From Nitrospirales bacterium (GTDB lineage Bacteria; Nitrospirota; Nitrospiria; Nitrospirales; UBA8639): a stretch of 64,000 nt of DNA. Within the stretch, counting starts at the first letter, position 1; every line of letters begins with the position of its first letter. Of this stretch, positions 28,701 to 42,126 are shown piece after piece. The notes under the pieces were generated by a model. The model searched no databases. It was given only the letters and a program-made list of their open reading frames with translations, and was not told where the DNA came from. Location of the stretch: contig CBDBCZ010000018.1 in assembly GCA_965203295.1 (NCBI GenBank), positions 864,001 through 928,000 on the forward strand, written 5' to 3'. Both the position numbers and the translations under genes were made by a program.

Positions 28701-28725
28701 TCTACTGAATCTACAAGTAGTATAG
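16788..28725 (+). CDS. Secreted ~410-aa protein with unknown N-terminal domain, acidic tract, short collagen (22 Gly-X-Y) and short C-terminal tail; 10 coding exons
   Basis: Exons 16788-16951, 18591-18685, 19490-19562, 21061-21220, 22446-22550, 23251-23377, 24630-24688, 25707-25815, 27459-27662, 28589-28725; all GT-AG with concordant phases, total 1233 nt; hydrophobic signal-like N-terminus ([19 protein letters not shown]). Confidence 0.85.
18881..20172. repeat. Two oppositely oriented copies of a hairpin-end fragment (18881-19030 plus; ~19990-20172 minus) flanking collagen exon 3
   Basis: Shared GTATGTGGCCTCCTTTGAGTGCTATA...GTTGCCATGGTAATGTACATT in inverted orientation; hairpin 20087-20172 has a degenerate GCAAAGC tip; tip collapsed in the 18881-18939 copy. 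Confidence 0.75.
20869..21012 (-). mobile_element. ~143-bp piggyBac-like MITE (family copies at 36976-37118 and 46175-46317)
   Basis: Reverse complement of the other two copies; flanked by ATAA and TTAA. Confidence 0.8.
22610..22776. mobile_element. Degenerate Tc1/mariner (Tigger-like) MITE
   Basis: CAGTG..GGAAACCCTC left end; GAGGGGTTCCACTG|TA right end; a similar right end occurs near 54007. Confidence 0.5.
26394..26619. repeat. Small inverted-repeat element
   Basis: CATTCTGGCTTTATA..ATGGAGAAGCTGAGGC / GCCTCAGCTTCTTCCAT..TATAAAGCCAGAATG. Confidence 0.6.
26696..26814 (-). repeat. Hairpin of the GA/GA class with a GCGATAGC tip
   Basis: Minus strand reads G-GA-GTCC-GA-GGGCGATAGCCC-GA-GGAC-GA-G; outer end GTTATAG. 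Confidence 0.8.
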
Positions 28726-29754
28726 TTGAACAATTCACTCATGCACAAATAACTTACTGCTGGATCGGTAGCTACTAAACTTACGAATACTAGAATGTAT
28801 CTTTTTGTACAATATTCTTTTTGGAGCTGACAGTATGTGTGTATTAACCAGTTGTCATCACAATGTATCGTAGTTAGCACCTTTATGTATGTAATTGATA
28901 CTATTACCTTGACTACTAAATTACCGGTACATGCATTAGCTGTAATGTACAAGAGATTTGTCAGCAAAAGTAAGTTAAATGGGGAGACATCTAATATAGG
29001 ATCTGTTTGTACATGTGCCATATTTGGGTGAGTCAGTAGGATGAGCCATATCAGGAGCCTATATACAGGCAACATGAGTCCAATATCCAGTGGGTATTGG
29101 ATGGCTATTTCAATGAGTAAGGATATTGAGGTAGTTGAAAAGTTCGCAATAAAAATCTGTACTAGCTAAATCGTGGAATCCTCTGCACTGTCATTGAGTC
29201 CTTCATTCACAAAATAAGAACCTATCTCAAACAGTGTCATCTCTGCATGGTTTGTCTCCCTTTACGTTTTGGTCATAGTCTTTCGCTACAGGTTCACTTT
29301 TTGCATGCACTATAATGCTAATTTTATTGTGATGCCCCACGTGCAAGGGACACCCTACCTAATTTAGTTACATTGATATCTTACCTTGACTTCTTTAAAA
29401 GGAATAAACTGTTTACTTGTACTATTATCCTTATGTTAATATGCACTTTGTTCACAAGTAAATAGCTATCTGTATTGCGGGCATATATATATATACTTGT
29501 AGCTATTAGTGCTGCTGGACTACCTGTATCCATGTGTCTGTTAACACAAATTTATATACACAAAAGAATAACATTGGCATGCAGACTCTCACCGGTGTGA
29601 TAAGAAAAAGACTTATCCAGTCACTCATATCTAAGCACACTGTATACTGTCAAATGGGATGAATAGTACTGGAGGGGGCAGCCAGCTACACCACACAGCT
29701 ACTGGCGAGTTTAGTGGCTATATAAAGCTTGCCTACTGCTCCTCTGCTAAGGGG

Positions 29755-29828
29755 GCTCCAGTAGCTCAATTGGTAAGAGCATCTGACTAGTATTCAGAAG
29801 GTCCTAGGTTCAATCCCCAGCTGGGTCC
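29755..29828 (+). tRNA. tRNA-Thr(AGT)-like gene or tRNA-derived repeat
   Basis: A box TAGCTCAATTGG; anticodon arm TCTGA-CTAGTAT-TCAGA; B box GGTTCAATCCC; upstream TATAAA at ~29721; downstream T5; one mismatch each in the acceptor and T stems. Confidence 0.7.
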
Positions 29829-30289
29829 CGATTTTTCGGTTTTCGGGATTTCTTTACTTTCTCAGAAAGCTTTCTTCTCTTGAAGAGTTCACAATATAAC
29901 TACTTCGTATCATTTCACTCCCCCTTCCCATGGCTCACTCATACCGCCCCCACACCCCACACCCCCAAACACACTCAAACACACATACCCAAAAAGCACC
30001 CAAGGTAAAGGGTCAATTACACTTTGTCTGGTACTGGTAGTGTAATAATCACAAAAATAATATATGTAGTAAATCATGGGGTACACTAGTATCATGAAGT
30101 ATGGAAACAAAATGGCAGCCCCATATAACCTATATTCAGAATTCGGCTCTGATTATGTTCATAGATAAAAAAGACGATAGATAGTTTTTTTAAGCAGGAA
30201 TGTCTCATCAGCCAGGAGGCTGGTCTGCACGGGAGTCCTGACGGCATAGTATAGCGCTACTGGCAACAATGTAAAGTAAAATACAAATG

Positions 30290-31130
30290 AGTGTTAAAAA
30301 TTTATTTAAAAAAAAAGAAGAAATTTTGTTCATCATTCCTCCAGCAGCAAAACCTCAATCTTCTCTTGAAAACTCCACTGCTCACTCCTATAAGATCATC
30401 AGGGAGTTTGTTCCACCCTGTGCCCCTTTAAAGGTGAACAACCGCCTGTTGTGCTTCGTCTGAGCCGATGGCCTAAACAGTTTGCTGCAGCCATGTGTCC
30501 TAGAATGCCCAACTTCACCATTTGCCCTAAAAACCTGAGACACTGTGGATTCTGTTTCGTAATACACCAGTGTACCAACACTATAGCCTAACCATCTTTC
30601 TCTTCTTTTTCAAAGTCATCCACTTTATGACCTTTCTCAATCCATCATTGGGTGTTCTCAGTGGCTGTGATAAAATAAGGCGCATGCTGTAGTTCTGCAG
30701 TCTCTCCAATTCTTGCTGCGATTCAGCATTCAGCTGAACATTCCTGCCATACCACACAGCAATCATCCAAATGTTGTGTAATTGTGCTGGAGCTGGTAGC
30801 ACATTCCTCAGTCTCCTCAAATTGCAAATGGCCAAACCAGCTAAGCATTTGCTCCTCACTTCATCCCTCCATGTCAGCCTGTCATCCATCCAAACTCCCA
30901 GGCTCTTCACCCTTTCGTTTCTCACTACTCTCTGATCCCCCCCCCCCCCCCCCCCCCCCCACTCCCCCTTCCTTACAACTACTGCTCCAACTCCCACACC
31001 CTTTGCCTGCTCCCCAAGAGAGTAGTTGTGTCTTACCCACATTGAGCTTCAAGTTGTTATCACTCAAACACATTGACACACCCTCAAAATCACTTTGGAG
31101 GCCAAATTTCAGTACTCTAGCATCAGCGCT
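30290..31130 (-). pseudogene. Degenerate CR1/L2-type LINE 3' fragment
   Basis: DNNLKLNVGKTQLL; VKSLGVWMDDRLTW; LERLQNYSMRLIL; frameshifted; A-rich tail-like run near 30290-30305. Confidence 0.7.
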
Positions 31131-31136
31131 TACAAT

Positions 31137-31510
31137 CATGGAGTAACTACGGTAGTACTCCATATGTAGGGTGGCACGGGAAAAAAATGGCGGCCCATAT
31201 AACGCGTACAAAATCATACGTTCAGATCTCGCTTCTGTTTATAGTCATAGGCTATTATGAACCGCAACATGACATCTCGTTTATAGTACATCTTCTTTCT
31301 GGTTTCTGGTTTCTGGTTTCGTCTTCTTTCTTCAGCCAGGCTAGCACAATAATGGCTGAGGCGATCACAATGATTCAAGCGCGAACGAGCTGGATATTCC
31401 TCGGGGTATTACACTCGCAGCATAGCGTTTTCAAATAAATCGAATGGGTTCAAATGTGATTCACGAGTACTCTCGAGCGGACGCTTGTCGTTTGGCGCCA
31501 TTTAGTGACT
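31137..31510 (+). repeat. Dispersed repeat family with terminal GGAGTAC-NNNN-GTACTCC hairpin; copies at ~43150-43630 (minus), 46022-46170, 42635-42670, ~30090-30165
   Basis: Shared TACGGTAGTACTCCATATGTAGGG...AAAATGGCGGCCCATATAACGCGTACAAAATCATAC. Confidence 0.75.
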
Positions 31511-31689
31511 AGGATTATGCATGCGCAGACTTCATCTATTTAACGCCTACCTATGATTGTGCAGGCTGCTCGAGTGAACGCTGGTCGTTCTACGCCATTT
31601 GGCTAACAATATTCATAACATTAACTCATTGCACGCCGTAATTACGTCACGCGCGTGATGCTCCACGCCACAGTTTCTACAAGGTTTTT

Positions 31690-33902
<2,213 letters not shown>

Positions 33903-34990
33903 TCGACGATTCTGCTGAAGCCCCCGTCTCTCTCCTGAACCGGTTACCATCGTATCTGCCGATGAAGTTGACTACAAAGCCTACAAAGCCTAACTAACTG
34001 TGTAGCAGTGTAGGTAGCCGTAGCTAATCGTCTTAATCGGTTGTATATTTTGCCGTGTATATCCGTTCTATTACTAAGTAGACCGACTTTCGGCACAGTT
34101 ACATCACTATTAGTAATCACTGTACTCAATTTTATGGCTAATAAAGGAAGGGGTTGCCCCTCCTGGCCGATAAATGAACTTGCCGTTTGTAAGGCCACTT
34201 TAATGGCCCGTGGCGTAGCGGAAGTGTTACGTAAGGGCCAATAAAGTGGCCCGTGGCGCGCAATGGGACGTAAACCAGTCCAGTCCAGTCCAGACCAGTT
34301 GAGACCAGTGGGTTATTCTCCATGTACTGTTCCTGGGATTACATCATTGGTTGCCGAAAAGGCTTGTAACACGGATGACAGTCGCTTAAGACGGCTTGCT
34401 GGCTTTCCTTAGTCACCTACAGAAACAGGACAGGCTATCCCGTATCAACCAAAACGATGCCTACTCTATCGTCCCCATGCATCCTCCTTGCTGTTTTATA
34501 TCTCCCGGTAAATTAAATTCAGCTCACTCTCTAACCATCATATAGACCATTACTATCCTCTTCAGTCCCACTGTCTCTGCTTTAACTCAGCGCCAAAAAA
34601 ATGTCGGGAAAAATCCCTTATTATACGATTGCATCGTCCAAGCTTCTATTGGAATTTCGAAATTTCGACTTTGGTAGACGGAATGCGTTCTTTATGGCAT
34701 ACTGCAGAACAAGTATGGGACTCAACTTAGAGGCGGAGGTACCAATAACTGTATTCTCATTCCAGCACATATCACACTGCTGGACCTCTACCCAACCGAA
34801 CCATACTAGCTATATCAACTCATACCATCTAATGCTAATACCAAACATCAAAGCCCCATTCCTTTTCTTCCCTGTCACTGAAAAAAAATAACAGAAACAA
34901 GTCTCAAAAAACATTTTAAAAAATTAAAAACATGTACGGATGGCACAGTATGAACCTATTAAAAAAAAGCTAACTAAAAAACAAAAAAAA

Positions 34991-35571
34991 TAGAAGTCTC
35001 TAGCAGAGACATACCCCGCGGTGCATAATTTACAACTTGGACCTGGCTGGACTGCAGACTGGGCTGATGGAGTAGTTGGCAAAGTGTAGATGTATATCAC
35101 TGGCTGTGTATCCGCACGCAGAGTGTACAGCGCTCGTGTATGCGTATATATCTGTATATCCTATGGGAAATGGTGGGCGTGACTGATTGCCAATATGAAC
35201 ACGTGACCAGAGACGGTATATGCCCGGCCTCTATCGTATTCTAGTTGTGACCGTATTAAAATGGCAGAATGCACCGTAGTTAAATAAGAAAGAGCTGTAG
35301 ATACAGCGAATGGAACCGCTTTGGCGACTATCAGGTACACACCCGGACATTTTTTATTGGATTTCAATGTTACTGTCGTGTTTAGCAACCGCTTAGCTAA
35401 CCCTGTAAATCGTGAGATAGCCCGATTTTTGAGTGGACAGACACCGGACAGACGGACGGACGGACGGACGGACGGACGGACGGACGGACGGACGGACGGA
35501 CGGACGGACGGACGGACGGACAGACAGAACCAATTGCTTAACCCCGCCGCCGCCTACGCGCCGCGGGGTAA
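34991..35571 (-). mobile_element. Non-autonomous Helentron (DINE-1/HINE-like)
   Basis: Minus strand: subTIR TACCCCGCGG, short IR, (GTCC)n microsatellite at 35447-35527, 3' subTIR CCGCGGGGTA, stem-loop GTCTCTGCTAGAGAC, then a T-rich flank. Confidence 0.8.
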
Positions 35572-35910
35572 CTAACATAAAAATATTACAAAAACATTTA
35601 AACAACACATTTGCATAACAGAATATTGCCCTCAAAAACTTTTTGAAAGGCCTCCAAAAATTGTACGAATTCAAACAAAGCAATGTTGACAGATACTCGG
35701 CCTAAACCCACTTCCACAGTTATATACCACCACATGCAGCAAACCACTTATGGGTTTCATACAATTTCCGTTTATCACCCCACCCACCTATGTTTTACAA
35801 ACGTGCTTAATTAGATTGACATCTGAAAGTAGTAATCAGACTCAGACTCTATCCTGCGACCCCACTCAACGGAGTCAATGCACGATCAGGCTGGCTCACG
35901 CCTACATATA

Positions 35911-36686
35911 AGTTACAGAAAAAGCACTTAGCCAAAAAGCGCCAAAAAAGTGAAGTAGGGATGCACTTCCACCAAAAACCACTTCCTCAAAAACCAACGA
36001 AACAAGTGACTATGCACATCACAGTGCATGCACACACTACCCACACATCACAGCACAATGCGTTATTATACCACGTACATGTACCTACCATCCCTACATC
36101 TTTCCAACCACACCCACCACAATGTGTATCACACCCCATACTCAACTGCATACTTCCTTCAATACACAACCATCCACAATCATCACCATAAAGCAGGACA
36201 CCTCGTTTTCAGTACTCTTACATCCTTATTCACAATCATACTTCACAAGACACAACACCCCACTCTACAACCAACCCATACCTTCACAAGTTCAGCAACA
36301 CTACTTCCACCAAAATGCACTTGGCTACACAAATCCACAAGCACAAACCAAGCACACCTATTCCTCCCAGCACCACACTGCCACTAACTAGTGTCCAGAA
36401 CAAACACAAACTACATCAACCACCATACAAAACACACTCAATAAAGTTGACAACACTCAAACTACTCAGTTCTATATTATAATTCATACGCACGCATGCA
36501 TACCGTACACAGACAATGTCTCCATTGAGCACACTAGTGTGGGGCTCGCTCACGGTAGCCCAACTAGTCTAACGTGTACACCATCAACCCTTTCAGCTAT
36601 ATGCCTTCCACGTCCTATGTATACACACTCATAAGCAATACACACACACACCAAGTTAAACTACCACTATTCTCATCTCACATATA
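35911..36686 (+). repeat. CA-rich dispersed repeat; related copy at ~41372-42128 (minus)
   Basis: Shared start GTTACAGAAAAAGCACTT and end CATCTCACATATA; this copy also has a Helitron/Helentron-like hairpin ACTAGTGTGGGGCTCGCTCACGGTAGCCCAAC near 36533. Confidence 0.65.
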
Positions 36687-36872
36687 CCCGATTGTGGTGG
36701 ATGTGGTTGGACAGATGTAGGAACTGTAGGTAAGCTGTAAGTGCATTGTGCTGTGATGTGTGGGTAGTCTATGTATGCATTATGGTGTGAACTGTCCTTG
36801 TTTAATGGTTTTGGGGACTATACATAGAAACCACCTAAAACTCGTGATGTGTACACAGAGCCTATATATATA

Positions 36873-37692
36873 CATGTTATCAGCCTCGGTTGTGAGTAAA
36901 CAGCTGCTAATACAGCAGTTGTATGGCCATAGTATGGAGGAAACAAGACCACAGTATGGAGGAAACAATGTTTAACCCTTTACCAACCATAAGAAACAGC
37001 TTAAATAAGCAGAAAAGACTGTACAAAGTATTAACGCCTAGTATTAAACCCCCCATATAAATTCATATGGGCTTATAGGAGCTCATGACGCATATATGCG
37101 TCATTGGTTGGTAAAGAGTTAAGCAAATTATGAATCCTTTGCGAAACAGCTGGAATCTGCCCCCAAAGCATATATAGCTATATGGAGGAAACCTGATGTA
37201 GTAACTGCCCAGAGCAAGGAGGAAACAGATGGGTCTTGTCATCACATGTACAATTCATGTTATCAGTGTCAGTTGTGAGTAAACAGCTGCTAATTTAGCA
37301 GTTGCATGACCATAGTATGGAGGAAACAAGACCACAGTATGGAGGAAACGATGTTTAAGCAAATTATGAATCCTTTGCGAAACAGCTGGAATCTGCCCCC
37401 AAAGCATATATAGCTATATGGAGGAAACCTGATGTAGTAATTGCCCAGAGCAAGGAGGAAACAGATGGGTCTTGTCATCACATTTACAATTCATGTTATC
37501 AGTGTCAGTTGTGAGTAAACAGCTGCTAATACACCAGTATGGAGGAAACAGTGTTTAAGCAAATTTAATTATGATTCCTTTGTGAAACAGCTGGAATCAG
37601 CCCCCAAAGCATATATAGCTATGGAGGAAACCTGATGTTACAGTTGTAACTGCCCAGAGCAACGAGGAAACAGATGGGTCTTCTCATCACAT
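36873..37692 (+). repeat. ~236-bp tandem repeat x3; first unit carries a piggyBac-like MITE
   Basis: Units start CATGTTATCAG at ~36873, 37256 and 37492. Confidence 0.88.
36976..37118 (+). mobile_element. piggyBac-like MITE, TTAA TSD supported by an empty site
   Basis: TTAA|CCCTTTACC...GGTAAAGAG|TTAA; sister repeat units show a single TTAA (ATGTTTAAGCAAAT). Confidence 0.9.
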
Positions 37693-37880
37693 TTGTTTGT
37701 TGATGTGTTTCTAGGAAACAGATGGGTCTCTGCATGGTAAGGCCACTTCAAGAGAACTTAGCTACCTGGGATGTCAGGGCTCATGCGCATATCATCAGCA
37801 TCTCCAATTGTTACAGGTAGCTATATAATAAAAACAAAGCTGAGAAAAAGCGTGTTTACAAGCAGGACATAGCTACTTAA

Positions 37881-38137
37881 GGTAGGAAGAGCCTCACCTG
37901 GAATCCATCCAAGCCAACATCAGAGTACCGCTCAACCACATCAAAGTGCCGATATCGCATACAGTGAAAGAGCCGCTATCCACATCAAAGTGACACACCC
38001 CTCCTGTTGATTCCGGTTGCCGCCATGGGAAAATGCAAACACATCAATGAATCTAATTAGCGCCACGTGAGTGACGTCATCTCATTAATTATTCATGAGG
38101 AGAATCACGCGGATTCGAAAGTGAGGCTCTTCCTACC
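37881..38137. mobile_element. Kolobok-like MITE (TTAA TSD, GG termini); a second right-end copy at ~53591-53810
   Basis: TTAA|GGTAGGAAGAGCCTCAC ... GTGAGGCTCTTCCTACC|TTAA. Confidence 0.75.
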
Positions 38138-39157
38138 TTAAGATTGAACACTCAACCTTCACACTAGCTACATGTCTTTTTCGTGCTAAGAAGTATGGCC
38201 AAACAGGCTACAACGATCGAGCCTCCTGAGGCTCTTCGTGGATCTACTTACCGCTATTACTTCCCATTTATACAGTAGCTATATAACCATCTTTTGCTTA
38301 TTCACCTGTGTTCATATTTTTGCCAAGAATGTGTTACATGAATGCATGGCCCGTTTATTAAATTGTATCACATGCGATTCTGTGACGTCATTTTGAGGCT
38401 AAAAGAACGCTAAGGCTGAAATTGAAACCCTTGTCAATGTAGCAGCATGTAAGAGCGTACGTAGCTATATACAAATATCTAGAAGTGTGCTAAGCTAGCT
38501 GAAAATGTAGCACATGTTTCCCATGTACCAAATGTTCATGCCTGTATTTTATGATGAAGGATTTTAGAGGATTGTTGCAAGCTAGCTACTGCCTAAATAA
38601 GGCCCTCTGTTGACCCCTTAGTCTTTATGAAAAACCTGCACATTAGTAAAAAGATCTGCTTTTATCTGCAATACTTCAAGTGACTTCATGAGCACTGCAC
38701 GTGATGACTATTTATACGCCGAGTCACTTCCGGTATTGTAATATTGGCGTAAAACCCGACAGCCGGCTTGTATAGCCATATACAAAACGATCATTATACA
38801 GCAACATAGAATCATGCTAGCAATTATTTGGTCGCTGGTAGCAAAACCTATTCTTCACCGGACGAATTCAATCATAAAATCTGGAAAGTGGATGTGACTC
38901 ATGATTCATGTGACCTCCAAACTTACCTATTATTCTTTTTTGGGCCAAATTTATACCAGCATAATCCATCAGGGCCTATATAGTTTTGCGGCAATACGTA
39001 TTGCAATACTGTAAGTGACTATTATAAGCGAATAAGTTCAACCTAGTGGTACTGGTGCACTGGTGATGGTGCGTAAGGAATTCGTGACGTTGGGGGGAGG
39101 GTTTGGAGATTACATCACAAATTAGGCAACCGGAAGAGTATGCCGCAGCTCAAGGAG

Positions 39158-39164
39158 TATAAAA
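39158..39164 (+). promoter_or_regulatory. TATA box of the small gene at 39248
   Basis: TATAAAA ~90 bp upstream of AAGATGG. Confidence 0.55.
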
Positions 39165-39247
39165 TAGAGCGTCACGTACGGACACTTAGTATTTCAAGAC
39201 GACGCGACATTGAAGCACACTCAATATAGCCACTTAAAACCACGAAG

Positions 39248-39646
39248 ATGGAACAATTGATTGCGGCTGTACAATCCGACCCACACCCTCAACCAGGACA
39301 AGAGCATCGTTCAAGTGGAAACTTCTCAACTGACAATGCCGCTTCTTCCGCTACCAGCTTCGTTTTCAAGGTCGACAAGAGCAATCCGAAGTGGAACTCC
39401 ATCCACTTTGATGTCATGCAGGACGTAAGCGGAGGAACTGATCCAGTAATCTATACGAATGTTTTTGATGGAAACAGGGAGACTGTTGTGCGTGAACGCA
39501 GCCTATACATTGCTAATCCCGAGGGCGCAGATGCTGACTTCACTGTGGAAGTTTACCAGGTGAGGTGAAACGTTAAAATATTACTCTGCAATAAAAACTG
39601 TGTTAGTAATTTCATGCCCCCCCCCCCCCAGGTAACGAGTGCCTAA
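39248..39646 (+). CDS. Small (~108 aa) beta-rich protein of unknown function, bacterial-like
   Basis: Clean ORF with Kozak-like AAGATGG; probable phase-0 intron 39560-39631 (CAG|GTGAG..CCCCAG|) giving ...VEVYQ-VTSA*; unspliced form ends VR* at 39568. Confidence 0.75.
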
Positions 39647-40077
39647 TGAGGCTGCTGCTGTATGAGACTGATGCAGAGTCCGCTGCCAAGATTAAGTTAC
39701 TGTAGCATTGAACTATAGCTTTAAATTTGTGAATTTCTTTTTTAGCTATCAATAACTGGCACCTGAGATTTAGAATAGATCTATAGTGTTATCCAAAATA
39801 TTTTGTGCTATTTCTATTATTTTGCTCCGCGCTATATAGTTTATATCTATCCATTGAATTTAAAAACATAGTGATGTGGATAAAAAGTGTTTTTCAAACG
39901 GGTTGCAGGAGTCGGAGGGCTTGCAGTAATTATTTCCCTTTGGTTGAGCAATAGTCTTGAATCAATTTTCCCCTTGTGCTGCAGCTCACCAACTTACTAT
40001 CATGGATATGTGATGTAGCTCCCTATGCTGCGCATGAGGGTAGTTAGACTGAATTGGCTGTCTATAGGCTTTAGCTA

Positions 40078-40899
40078 CCGTATAGCGGGAAATTTTCGCC
40101 TGGGGTAAAATTTCGCCAATTCAGTCGCCCTTTGGTTCAAGTGGTGAAAATTCAACCGGTGAATTTTTTCGCTGATGAAAGCTGTTTCTTCTAAGTGAAT
40201 CATGACTTTACTAAGATGCTTTGAAGTTATGGAACACCACAGCGAGCTCACTAACCTTTGAGCCCATTCGCCGCAATGGTCCGCGAAGCTATAGCTATGC
40301 CGCGTCGAGGACTAGCCTCGCTGCCAGCCCGCGTGCTCGAGACTACAGTACTACAGGACCTCTAACCTTGCTACTGGTGATTGACAAACGAAGACAATGG
40401 CGGCAATCAGAGCGATCTTCAATCTCCATAAACCACATAGGTTCTCTCTTGCGTCTCAGGCCCAACTGCATGCATGCGTCCTCGCTTCGCGAGAATTGCT
40501 GGGTGTGGCACATATATTTTGTGGCACGCCTACCAAGCAGAAAAAGGTCAAACGTAACAGGGCACGCCTACAACCCCAAATAAAAAATGGCTACGTGTAA
40601 TAATGCGCCTGGAAGACCACAGGCTGAAGCAGGCTAGGTGTAATAGTGAGCGCTTCCAAGTCTCTCGTACAAAGTTCTGTAACGAAGGTAAGTGTTTGCT
40701 GCGAGTTTGGTAGGCTATATGTCTGGAGAAGTGGCTGGGAGGGACGTGGATCATGACGACGACGACGACGAAAAAGGTCAATGGAACCGGAGTATAGCTT
40801 CGCTTCGCTCGCGAAAATTAAACTGGCGAATATTTTCCGCAATACTTCGCAACAGCATTTGGCGAAAAATTTCCCTGGCGAAAATTTCCCGCTATATGG
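40078..40899. mobile_element. Tc1/mariner-like MITE (TA TSD)
   Basis: TA|CCGTATAGCGGGAAATTTTCGCC ... GGCGAAAATTTCCCGCTATATGG|TA. Confidence 0.8.
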
Positions 40900-41165
40900 T
40901 ATTTCTATGAAGCAAGTTAGACTGAATTGGCTGTATACTGTTATTCCTATGAGGGAAGTTATTCAAAACGATTGCAGCTGCATAGCCCTAATCCTAACAT
41001 TAAACCTAGGGAAGAATAAGCGGATTGGTGGACACGAATTGGCGGATAGCTTGAATATATGGTTCTGCTTGCATGTATTGCTACTTTTATATGACATTAT
41101 TTAGGTATAGCTACATAATCACAGTTTCATTCTTCTCTTCCACATACAGATCAATCTATATAATA

Positions 41166-42126
41166 TACAGAAAAAGCACTTTGCCAAAAAGTGCGAAAAC
41201 AAGTAATGTAGGGATGGACTTTCACCAAAAAACAGTTCCCCAAAAACCAATGAAACAAGCAACAATGCACATCGCAATGCGTGCACAAACAATCCACACA
41301 TCACAGCGCAATGCGTAGCTACCATCCCTACATCTTTCCAACCACACCCACCACAATCGCGTATATATATATATGTGAGATGTGAATAGTTGTAGTGTAA
41401 TTTGGTGTGTGTGTATTGCTAATGACTGTGTGTGTTGGAGGTTGTGGAGGGTAGCTGAATGTGTTCATGGTGTACATGTTGGACTAGTGAGTCATTGAGG
41501 GTGCATGGAGACATGTTTGTAGAGGGACTTTGGTTGTGTTTGGTTGTTGAGTGTGATGAAGTTTTGTGAGTGTTTGTGTGTGCAGGTTCTTTATAGGGGA
41601 AGTCTATGTGGGTGTGTTTGGTAAGTATAGATCAACTTTGTTGAGTGTGTTGTATATGGTGGTTGATGTTGTGAGAAATTGCTCTGCTTGGTTTGTGCTT
41701 GTGAATGTGGGATTCGTGGAGCGAAGTGAATTTTGATGGAAGTAGCTAGCGTTCCTGTTGAAGGATTGGGTTGGCTGTTACAGTAGTGTGGGGTGCTGTG
41801 TTTTATGATGTAGCTATGTAATGATTGTGGATAAGGATGTAAGGGTGGTATATATATGATAGTGATGATTGTGGATGGTTGTGTGTGTTGAAGGAAGTAT
41901 TGGGTGTGTAGTTCAGTATGGGGGCAAGGTACGGATTGTGGTGGGTGTGGTTGGAAAGATGTAGGGATGGTAGCTACGCATTGCGCTGTGATGTGTGGAT
42001 TGTTTGTGCACGCATTGCGATGTGCATTGTTGCTTGTTTCATTGGTTTTTGGGGAACTGTTTTTTGGTGAAAGTCCATCCCTACATTACTTGTTTTTGCA
42101 CTTTTTGGCAAAGTGCTTTTTCTGTA
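41166..42126. repeat. ~190-bp near-perfect inverted duplication (41166-41358 / 41934-42126)
   Basis: Arms differ at only about 1-2 positions; ~575-bp spacer; (TA)n at the junction. Confidence 0.9.

Noticed and set aside
29100..29500. LINE 3' remnant after the collagen gene
   Set aside because: Only faint similarity (EKFAIKIC); too decayed to delimit
35321..35683. ORFs with (RTDG)n or (SVRP)n repeats
   Set aside because: Translations of the Helentron (GACG)n microsatellite
35961..36391. His/Thr/Gln-rich ORFs
   Set aside because: Stop-poor CA-rich repeat; no recognisable domain
36873..37692. CRISPR-like repeat-spacer array
   Set aside because: Whole units repeat, there are no unique spacers or cas genes, and the context is eukaryotic
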